Source: Polyangiaceae bacterium (GTDB lineage: Bacteria; Myxococcota_A; Polyangia; Polyangiales; Polyangiaceae). From it: 34,635 nucleotides of DNA. The notes under the pieces are model-generated. The model searched no databases. It was not told the DNA's origin and worked only from the letters and a program-made list of their open reading frames with translations. The stretch's first letter is position 1. Each line of letters starts with the position of its first letter. The translations under genes and the position numbers were made by a program. The stretch lies in contig JABFRG010001213.1 in NCBI GenBank assembly GCA_013141295.1, forward strand, positions 1-34,635, given 5' to 3'. Shown here piece after piece: positions 25,451 through 32,430 of the stretch.

Positions 25451-26698
25451 ATGAAGAATCTCTCGCGACGCGGTCTTCTCAAGGGTTTTGCTGGCGCAGC
25501 CGGTCTCATGGCGGGGTCTCGCCTGGGCGGCCCGCTCCTGCGCAACGCGTGGGCAGCGGGAGAGCCCTCGCACCTCGTCTTCATCTATCTGCCGGGTGGT
25601 TTCAACGCGGCCCTCGGCGGCGTGGCGGCGCCCTTCGTCACCGGCAACAAGTTCGGCCTCACGTCGACCAACATCATGACCGTCGGTAACGGCGTCACCA
25701 CCGACAAGGCCACCATGGGCACGCTGCCCGCGTTCGCGCAGCAGCACTGGTTCTCGGTGGGCACGCGGCACGGCGTCTCCAGCCACACCACGCCCGACAA
25801 CAGCAACGGCGGCGGCGAGCGCGCGCTCACGCGCAAGGGCACCACCAGCTATCTCACCCGCCTCGCCAGCGTCATGGGGGGCGACTCCGCGCTCAAGGCG
25901 GTGCACCTCGGCGACTACCCTGCGTACCGCACCCAGCCGGCCACCGGCGGCGTCTCGCTCCAGCGCATCAGCGATCTCGGCACCGCCATCAAGGCCCTGG
26001 GCGCCGGCGCGGCCGACCCCAACGCACCGGACCGTGCCATTGCCGGCGACGGCGTGGCCGCGGCGCAAGCCATCTCCAAGCAGCAGATCGACGCCAACGC
26101 CGAGAGCCTGCTCAGCGTCAACGAGGCGTACGAGGCCAGCATCGCCACCTTCCGCAAGCCGGCACCGAAACCGGTGACCTTCAGCGAGATCTCCACGGCC
26201 TATGGTCTCGGCGGCGCCACCGGCGTCACCGGCTTCGCCTCGCAACTGGCAGGCGCCGAGGTCATGATCCGCGCGGCCGGGTCCAACGTCGTCTCGGTGT
26301 TCGACAGCGGCTTCGTGGGCTGGGACTTCCACCAGGTCTCGGGCGGCGTATCGCAGAACATGCTCTTCTCGCGCAACCGCCTGCTGGGCGCCGGCAGCTT
26401 CGACGATCGCATGACCCCCCTCAAGGCGTTCATGAGCCGCATGCTCAACCTGCCGGACCGCAACGTGGTGGTGGCCATCACCGGCGACTTCGTGCGCGTG
26501 CCCAACGGCGATCACGGCGACGGCGTCATGACCGCGGTGTTCGGCAAGTACGTGAAGCAAGGCGTCAGCTTCGCCTGCGACGGAAACTCTCGCTTCAGCG
26601 GCGCCACCCCGGGCGTCGATGCTCTCTGGGCCGGCCTCGCCGCCGCGCTCAAGGTTCCCGGAAACCCCTTCGGCGCCAACCCGCACGCGCTGGTGTAG
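25451..26698 (+). CDS. Tat-signal protein of the DUF1552/DUF1501 type (alkaline-phosphatase/sulfatase-like superfamily)
   Basis: MKNLSRRGLLKGFAGAAGLMAG is a twin-arginine signal. HLVFIYLPGGFN, RHGVSSHT (near the HXXSHH signature that names DUF1552) and GFVGWDFHQ. It starts 9 nt after the previous stop. Confidence 0.6.
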   Translation: MKNLSRRGLLKGFAGAAGLMAGSRLGGPLLRNAWAAGEPSHLVFIYLPGGFNAALGGVAAPFVTGNKFGLTSTNIMTVGNGVTTDKATMGTLPAFAQQHWFSVGTRHGVSSHTTPDNSNGGGERALTRKGTTSYLTRLASVMGGDSALKAVHLGDYPAYRTQPATGGVSLQRISDLGTAIKALGAGAADPNAPDRAIAGDGVAAAQAISKQQIDANAESLLSVNEAYEASIATFRKPAPKPVTFSEISTAYGLGGATGVTGFASQLAGAEVMIRAAGSNVVSVFDSGFVGWDFHQVSGGVSQNMLFSRNRLLGAGSFDDRMTPLKAFMSRMLNLPDRNVVVAITGDFVRVPNGDHGDGVMTAVFGKYVKQGVSFACDGNSRFSGATPGVDALWAGLAAALKVPGNPFGANPHALV

Positions 26699-26706
26699 CG
26701 ACCTCG

Positions 26707-27504
26707 TCAGGCCATCTGCTGCAAGAAGGGCAGCACGCCGGCGAGGAATGCTTCGGGTCGTTCCACGAACGGCACGTGCCCGGTGTCGAGCTCCAGGTAC
26801 TCGGCGTGGGGCAGCAGGCGTCGCACCCGCGCGCCTTCGACCTTCGGGCGCAGCACCGGGTCGCGGCGACCCCAGACCACCATGGTGGCGCATCGCACGC
26901 GCGGCGCGAGCTCCGATAGGTCGCTCCCGGCGTCGCCGAAGCTGCGCCACATGGCGGCATCCATCTCCACGAATCCTGGCCGCTTCCGCCCTTCGGCGAT
27001 GCGCCCGAGGAGCGACGACGCGCCCGGGCTCTTCACGGTCAGGTAGGAACGCGCGAACGCCATCCCGGTCCACCGGCGGACCACCTCCCGGCCTTGCACC
27101 CAGCAGAAGGCTCGCGGCAGCAGCGCGCGCCCCACCAGGCCTCCGGTGTCGACGAGGACCAGGCCCCGCACGCGCTCCGGCCTGCGCGCTGCCAGGCGAA
27201 CGCTCGCCGCGCCGCCCACGGAGCTCCCCATGAAGAACGCCGGCGGGAGCTCGAGCGCATCGACCACGTCCTCGAGCACGTCGAACACGGACGCGGCGCT
27301 GGCCGAAGATGGCGGCGCCCACATCGCCGATCGCCCGTGCCCGGGCCAGTCCACGGCGATGGTCCGAAAGGTTCGCGCGAGCGTCGGTACCACGGCGTCG
27401 TAGTCGCGGTGGTCGTGCGCCACCGCGTGGAGCAGCACCAGCGGAGCGCCGGCGCCCTGCATCTCCACCGCCACGTCGCCCGCTCGGGTAGGTACATACT
27501 GCAT
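26707..27504 (-). CDS. Alpha/beta-fold hydrolase
   Basis: PLVLLHAVAHDHRDYD...IAVDWPGHGRS and FFMGSSVGG (GxSxG nucleophile elbow). C-terminal LELDTGHVPFVERPE carries the catalytic His context. Confidence 0.8.
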   Translation of the reverse strand: MQYVPTRAGDVAVEMQGAGAPLVLLHAVAHDHRDYDAVVPTLARTFRTIAVDWPGHGRSAMWAPPSSASAASVFDVLEDVVDALELPPAFFMGSSVGGAASVRLAARRPERVRGLVLVDTGGLVGRALLPRAFCWVQGREVVRRWTGMAFARSYLTVKSPGASSLLGRIAEGRKRPGFVEMDAAMWRSFGDAGSDLSELAPRVRCATMVVWGRRDPVLRPKVEGARVRRLLPHAEYLELDTGHVPFVERPEAFLAGVLPFLQQMA

Positions 27505-27535
27505 GATCGGTACATAGTGATACGTATATCACTAT
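27491..27535. promoter_or_regulatory. AT-rich operator-like element: direct repeat GGTACATA x2 plus a 9-bp inverted repeat
   Basis: GGTACATA occurs at 27491..27498 and 27509..27516. ATAGTGATA (27514..27522), spacer CGTA, TATCACTAT (27527..27535), with perfect arms. The first repeat abuts the hydrolase start codon (27504..27502). The element lies in the 92-bp divergent gap to the peptidase gene. Confidence 0.4.
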
Positions 27536-27596
27536 CGCCGGTCAAGGGCCGGGCGCCGCTTTCTCGCGGGCGCGGTCGCGGCTACGCTCCACGGGC

Positions 27597-28316
27597 GTGT
27601 CCCCCCGTTCGATCCCGCTCGGCGTGCTTCTGCTGGTGGCGTGCGGTCCGGACATCCCGCCGCGGGCCGCTCAGGACGTCGAGCGCGAAACCACGGGTGA
27701 CGACACGCAGGCCCGCCTCGAGGAGGACCTCGCGCGGGTGCGGGTGGCCATGCGCGAGCTGTGCGGCACACACTGCGGGAGCGTGGTGCTCATCGCGGAG
27801 CCCGGCGTGCGATCCGCCGAGACGCGTCCGCAGGCGCCCGGCTACGCCTCGTTCATCGCCTACAACCCCCGAGCGCGCGACTGCGCCCGCCACCCCGACG
27901 CTTCCATCCGCTTCTATTGCATGGCGCACGAGTACGGGCACCACCTCGACGTCACCATGAACCCCGCGTGGTCCAGCGACGGATGGACGCGCGAGCTCCG
28001 CGCGGACGCGCTCGCCGGATGCGCCTTCGCGCGCGCCCACGTGTCGATGGACGGGATTCAAGGGACCCTCGTTCGGGCGGTGCTCCTCGACACGCCGGCC
28101 GGTCGGGCGCGCGCAGAAGCATGCGGCTCCGATGGAGCGCATCCGGGCTTTCGCTTCTCTTGGGACGCATTGCATCGCGGCGCGCGGCTCTGCAGCGAGC
28201 GCACGCCCACGCTCCCGGAGGTCGCGGAGTCGGTCGAAGCGTTGGCTCTGGCCGCGCGAAGCAGCTCCATCGAGGCGTTCAGCCGCGAGGCCGGGGGCGA
28301 CTGCAGCCCGCGCTGA
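27597..28316 (+). CDS. Putative neutral zinc metallopeptidase lipoprotein (short YpfJ-like)
   Basis: GTG start. MSPRSIPLGVLLLVACGPD has lipobox LVAC. YCMAHEYGHHLD carries HExxH. ELRADALAGCAF resembles the ELQADCxAG string of YpfJ-type peptidases. Confidence 0.55.
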   Translation: MSPRSIPLGVLLLVACGPDIPPRAAQDVERETTGDDTQARLEEDLARVRVAMRELCGTHCGSVVLIAEPGVRSAETRPQAPGYASFIAYNPRARDCARHPDASIRFYCMAHEYGHHLDVTMNPAWSSDGWTRELRADALAGCAFARAHVSMDGIQGTLVRAVLLDTPAGRARAEACGSDGAHPGFRFSWDALHRGARLCSERTPTLPEVAESVEALALAARSSSIEAFSREAGGDCSPR

Positions 28317-28378
28317 CCTTTGGGGCGAAATGTAACGGTGGCGTTATGACGCGGCTGTTCTGCGCAAAAAGTGCGCCC

Positions 28379-28407
28379 TTGATGCATATTGCATATGACC
28401 GTAACTA
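28379..28407 (+). promoter_or_regulatory. Candidate sigma70-type promoter with a tandem TGCATAT repeat in the spacer
   Basis: TTGATG (28379..28384), 17 nt, TAACTA (28402..28407). The spacer holds TGCATAT TGCATAT (28383..28396), which also reads as the palindrome ATGCA-tat-TGCAT. It is about 105 nt upstream of the SulP start in a conspicuously AT-rich gap. Confidence 0.3.
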
Positions 28408-28482
28408 CGACGGATTTTGCAACACGCCGGGCACAAGTGTCGGAATGCCCTGCGGTTAACGGCTATGTAATGATTGCGTATC

Positions 28483-28505
28483 CGTCATGTTTGCTTAACA
28501 TGACG
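28483..28505 (+). promoter_or_regulatory. Perfect 9-bp inverted repeat (hairpin or operator) 8 nt upstream of the SulP-CA start codon
   Basis: CGTCATGTT (28483..28491), loop TGCTT, AACATGACG (28497..28505). The ATG is at 28514. Confidence 0.4.
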
Positions 28506-28513
28506 CTTCCCGC

Positions 28514-30586
28514 ATGCGCGAAGCCGCCATCGAAAAATCCGATCCCGAGTCGACCGATCTCCGCGCGAACGCGCGCTCCATGGCCACGCGGTGGGTCGCC
28601 GGATGGCGCGACGTGCTCACCGGCAAGAGCCTCGTCGCGGATCTCCTCGCGGGCCTGACCGTTGCCGCGGTCGCGTTGCCACTGAACGTCGCCCTCGCCA
28701 AGACGTCCGGACTCCCGGCGTCGGCGGGTCTGGTGGCGGGGGCCATCGGCGGCATCCTGGCGGGGGTCTTCGGCGGTACCGCGCTCCAGGTGACGGGGCC
28801 CGCGGCGGCGCTCTCCACCATGGTGGCCGCGGTGGCCTTCGAGTTCGGCGCAACCGGCGTGGCCGCTGCGTGTCTCATGATCGGCGTCGTGCAGATCGTC
28901 CTCGCGCTGGTGGGCGCGGGGCGCGTCGCCAAGTTCGTACCCGAGTCCATCCTCGCCGGCTTCACCACCGGCGTGGGCCTCAAGCTCCTCGACCAGAAGA
29001 TCCCGGAGCTCCTGGGCTTCGACGAGATCTACCACTACAAGCTCATCGACCTCGCGGGCATGATGCACCAGCCGCAGTGGCTCCATCACGTGAGCTGGCA
29101 CGCGGCGGTCTGCGGCTTGGTGGTGGCCTTCATGGTCACCCGGCTCAAGGCGTTCAAGCGCTTCCCGGCCGCCATCATCGGCATCGCGCTCATGACCTTC
29201 GTATCCGTGTACCTGCACTGGGACGTGGAGCGCGTGGGACAGGTGCCCGGGAGCTTTCCTCGGCCTTCGTTGCCGCTGGTGGAGGACGAGCGGTGGTTCG
29301 ATCTCGCGGCCAAGGCGCTTCCACTGGGGCTTCTGGCGGCGGTGGAGTCGCTGCTCAGCGCCCGCGCCATCGAACGCCTGGCGCCGGACGTCCGACGCCA
29401 CCACCCGAACCTCGAGATCTTCGGGCAGGGGATCGCCAACCTGGGCGTCGGGCTCTTCGGCGGCATGCCGGTATCCGGCGTCGTCGCCCGCTCCGGCGTC
29501 AACGTGCAGAGCGGTGGGCGGACGCGCCTCTCGGCGACCTTCCACGGCGTGCTGCTGGTGCTGGCGGTGCTCTACCTCTCGCGCTTCATCGCTCAGGTGC
29601 CCATCGCCGCGCTGGCGGGCCTGCTCAGCGTGGTCGGCGCCCGGCTCATCGAGTGGCGAGAGCTCCTCCACTTCGCCAAGCATCATCGCATCGAGGCCGT
29701 GGCCTTCCTGGTATCGGCGGCGGGCACCCTCTCGGGGCACCTCATCACCGGCCTGGCGCTGGCGGGGCTCATTCATCTGGTGCACCGCTTCGTGAACCGC
29801 CACGAGGCGGCGCAGCAGCGCGAGCTCGCCGAGGCAAAGGCCAAGGGCACGCGCGCCATCGTCAAGCCGCAGGAGAGCGAGGGACGCAAACCCGGTCACT
29901 GGCAGGCGTTGCCGCAGCACCACAAGTGGCTCACCAACATCCAGGGTAGGTCGCTCCGCGCCAAGAGCGCCTTCGTCCACGAGAACGCGTCGGTGGTGGG
30001 CCAGGTGGTCATGCGCGACCACGTGCACGTGGCCGCCGGAAGCTCGGTGCGCGCCGACGAGGGCACGCCCTTCTTCCTCGGCGAGGACACCAACCTCCAG
30101 GACGGCGTCATCGTCCACGCGCTCAAGGACCGCCACGTGCTGGTGGCCGGGGAGCCCTGGGCGGTCTACGTCGGCAAGCGGGTCTCGGTGGCGCACAACG
30201 CCATCGTCCACGGCCCCTGCTTCATCGGCGACGACACCTTCATCGGCTTCAAGGCGGTGGTGCACGACTCGGTGGTCGGCGCGCACTGCTTCATCGGTCA
30301 CGGAGCCATCGTGGTGGGGGTGGAGATCCCCGAAGGGCGTCTGATTCCCAACGGCCGCATCGTGGACTCGGCCGACGCGGTGGCGCTCTTGCCCATGGTC
30401 GCCGCCCACCACGGCGAGTTCAACGAAGACGTGGTGGAGGTGAACCGCGGGCTGGCGGCGGCCTACCACGAGCACGACGGCACTTCCGCCCACGCCGAGA
30501 GAGCACTCGAGGCTCGGGCGCGCCCGATACCCACCGCGAGCTGGGACGAACGGTGGATTCCGCAGACGGACAAGGAGCGATTCTGA
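28514..30586 (+). CDS. SulP-family anion transporter fused to a Cam-type gamma-carbonic anhydrase domain (no STAS domain)
   Basis: 690 aa. The SulP core carries DLLAGLTVAAVALPLNVALAKTSGLP and FGGTALQVTGPAAALSTMV across about 440 aa of hydrophobic helices. After a charged linker the C-terminus reads VRADEGTPFFLGEDTNLQDGVIVHAL...WAVYVGKRVSVAHNAIVHGPCFIGDDTFIGFKAVV...EIPEGRLIPNG...FNEDVVEVN. That aligns from memory with Methanosarcina Cam. An alternative start is ATG 28580. Confidence 0.85.
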   Translation: MREAAIEKSDPESTDLRANARSMATRWVAGWRDVLTGKSLVADLLAGLTVAAVALPLNVALAKTSGLPASAGLVAGAIGGILAGVFGGTALQVTGPAAALSTMVAAVAFEFGATGVAAACLMIGVVQIVLALVGAGRVAKFVPESILAGFTTGVGLKLLDQKIPELLGFDEIYHYKLIDLAGMMHQPQWLHHVSWHAAVCGLVVAFMVTRLKAFKRFPAAIIGIALMTFVSVYLHWDVERVGQVPGSFPRPSLPLVEDERWFDLAAKALPLGLLAAVESLLSARAIERLAPDVRRHHPNLEIFGQGIANLGVGLFGGMPVSGVVARSGVNVQSGGRTRLSATFHGVLLVLAVLYLSRFIAQVPIAALAGLLSVVGARLIEWRELLHFAKHHRIEAVAFLVSAAGTLSGHLITGLALAGLIHLVHRFVNRHEAAQQRELAEAKAKGTRAIVKPQESEGRKPGHWQALPQHHKWLTNIQGRSLRAKSAFVHENASVVGQVVMRDHVHVAAGSSVRADEGTPFFLGEDTNLQDGVIVHALKDRHVLVAGEPWAVYVGKRVSVAHNAIVHGPCFIGDDTFIGFKAVVHDSVVGAHCFIGHGAIVVGVEIPEGRLIPNGRIVDSADAVALLPMVAAHHGEFNEDVVEVNRGLAAAYHEHDGTSAHAERALEARARPIPTASWDERWIPQTDKERF

Positions 30587-31503
30587 TGGTGACGGGATTC
30601 TTGTTGGGCCTGGGCCTCTACCTCGCGTTCCTTGCTAGCCGGTGCTCATTTCGCGTGGAAGAAGGGCATCTGGGCGTGGTCACCACCTTCGGCGCCGCGG
30701 CCTTCGAGGGCAAGGGCGAGAGCGCCCGCGTGGTGACGCACTCGCCGGGCATCCACTTCAAGTGGCCGTGGCAGAAGGTGCTCGTGGTCTCGATGATGGA
30801 GCAGAACCTGGAGCTCTCCGGTGAGACCGGCGGGCAGCGCGCCATGGCCCACGACGGCACCATGCTGCGCTTCGACTCCATCTTGCGCTACGTGCCGGAC
30901 CAGGCGCGGCTCGGACAGTTCCTGTTCGGCATGAAGAAGCCGCTGGAGCACATCACCAACCTGTTCTCGTGCTTGCTGCGCAACGAGATCGCAAATTTCC
31001 AGGTAGCGCGCGCCCCCAAGCGCTCGCTCCCCCCGGCCGGGGCCGAAGGCGCGATCCTCTCGGCCCGGGACTTCGACAGTGAAGCCGGCTCCTACGCGCT
31101 CATTCGCCGGGAGCGGGCGCTGCTCAACGAGCGCATCGAGGACTTCTGCCGCGACCGCATCGCCGACCACTACGGCGTGCGCTTCAACGCCGTCGATCTG
31201 GTCGACATCCTGCCGCCCGACGAGCTGGCCGAGGCGCTCAACGCGGTGATCAATGCCCGCGCCGAGGCCGAGGCGGCTTACTTCCGCGCCGAAGGCGAGT
31301 GCCAGCAGCGGGTGCTCGGGGCGAGCGAAGGCGTGGAGATCGCCCGGGCGCGGGCCCGGGCCGTGGAGACCGAGATCGACACCCTGGGCGGCTTCCTGAC
31401 CCAGCTGGCCCAACAGGGGACGCTCGCCCCCTACGTAAAGCGTCGCCGCGCCGAGGCGCTTTCGGAGGCCCGCGCGGTCTTCATGAAGGAGGAGCGGTCG
31501 TGA
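30586..31503 (+). CDS. SPFH/Band-7 domain membrane protein (paralogue 1)
   Basis: In frame with track ORF 30553..31503. The ATG overlaps the upstream TGA (TGATG, 30584..30588), with AAGGAG at 30572..30577. N-terminal helix MVTGFLLGLGLYLAFLA, then FRVEEGHLGVVTTFG...PGIHFKWPWQKV and a coiled Ala/Glu-rich tail typical of SPFH proteins. Confidence 0.75.
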   Translation: MVTGFLLGLGLYLAFLASRCSFRVEEGHLGVVTTFGAAAFEGKGESARVVTHSPGIHFKWPWQKVLVVSMMEQNLELSGETGGQRAMAHDGTMLRFDSILRYVPDQARLGQFLFGMKKPLEHITNLFSCLLRNEIANFQVARAPKRSLPPAGAEGAILSARDFDSEAGSYALIRRERALLNERIEDFCRDRIADHYGVRFNAVDLVDILPPDELAEALNAVINARAEAEAAYFRAEGECQQRVLGASEGVEIARARARAVETEIDTLGGFLTQLAQQGTLAPYVKRRRAEALSEARAVFMKEERS

Positions 31504-32429
31504 GCGACAACTTGCAGCTGGTGCTCGGCCTCGTCGCCGGAGCTTTGCTTCTTCCGATCCTCGGCTTCCTCTTCCGTCGAGCCACCATCGAGGTGGAGGA
31601 CGAAGAGGCGGTGGTGGTCACCCACTTCGGCAAGCTCGAGAAGGTGCTCAAGACCCCGGGCCTGCACGTGCACCCGGCGCGCCTCTTTCCCTGGGTGAAG
31701 GTGCAGCACGTCTCGCTCCGGCGCGACTTTCGCCACATCGAGAACGTGTACGTGAACGACGCCCGCGGAACCACGCTCCTGGTGGACCTGTGGGTGGAGT
31801 TTCGCATCGCGGATCCGGAGAAGGCGCTCTTCAACGTGGCCGACTGGAACCGGTCCATCGTGAACCTGGTCTCCCACGCCGCCACGTCGATCCTCGGTAA
31901 CCGAGAGTTCATCTCGATTCTCGAGGACCGCACCGAGCTCTCCCAGCTGGTGCAGCGCGACATCTCCGGCGAGACCGAGCGCTGGGGCCTCAAGGTGGAG
32001 TTCGCGTTCATCCGCAACGTGAGCCTCCGGCCCGAGGTCTCTCAGCTCATCTTCGAGTCCATCGCTGCCCGGCTGGAACGGGCCAAGGCCGACATTCAAG
32101 AGACCGGACGCATCCACGTGGCGAAGCTCGAGGCGGAGACGCAGGTGCGCGTCTCCGGACTGGTGGCCGAGGCGAAGGGTCAGTATCCGGTGGCCATCGG
32201 GCACGCGCTCTCGCGGCTCAAGGCCCGGCCCGAGGTCTTCGACGCGTACAACACGCTCTACGAGCTGTCGGTCATCCGGCCCCACCGCCTCATCGCGTTC
32301 CGCGGGTTCGGCGAGGGCGAGCTACGAGCGGCCGACGCCGCCATGCTGGCGCCCCCCATCGTCGACGCGCAGCCGGCGCTGGTGAAGCCGCTCTCCTCCT
32401 CCAACGGGGAGACCCGTCACAGCGGGTAG
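31500..32429 (+). CDS. SPFH/Band-7 domain membrane protein (paralogue 2)
   Basis: In frame with track ORF 31299..32429. The GTG overlaps the upstream TGA (GTGA, 31500..31503), with AAGGAGGAG at 31486..31494. LVLGLVAGALLLPILGFLF helix, then IEVEDEEAVVVTHFGKL...PGLHVHP, WGLKVEFAFIRNVSL and an Ala/Glu-rich coiled region. Confidence 0.75.
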   Translation: MSDNLQLVLGLVAGALLLPILGFLFRRATIEVEDEEAVVVTHFGKLEKVLKTPGLHVHPARLFPWVKVQHVSLRRDFRHIENVYVNDARGTTLLVDLWVEFRIADPEKALFNVADWNRSIVNLVSHAATSILGNREFISILEDRTELSQLVQRDISGETERWGLKVEFAFIRNVSLRPEVSQLIFESIAARLERAKADIQETGRIHVAKLEAETQVRVSGLVAEAKGQYPVAIGHALSRLKARPEVFDAYNTLYELSVIRPHRLIAFRGFGEGELRAADAAMLAPPIVDAQPALVKPLSSSNGETRHSG

Positions 32430-32430
32430 A

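Noticed and set aside
24650-27532. 960-aa minus-strand ORF, the longest in the track
   Set aside because: It runs antisense across three well-supported plus-strand genes and the hydrolase region. Its product is Arg/Gly/Ala-rich low-complexity sequence with no motifs. This is the typical stop-codon-poor antisense artefact of very GC-rich DNA.
28362-28376. GCGCA-aaaag-TGCGC hairpin as terminator for the Zn-peptidase gene
   Set aside because: The stem is only 5 bp and no downstream T-tract follows.
17025-32429. Reading the kinase, SPFH pair or hydrolases as parts of an anti-phage defence island
   Set aside because: I recognise no nuclease, helicase, ATPase, reverse transcriptase, methyltransferase, toxin-antitoxin or integrase genes. 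There is no flanking tRNA or direct repeats. Coding-region base composition looks uniform with the surroundings. The neighbourhood reads as core envelope and metabolic genes.
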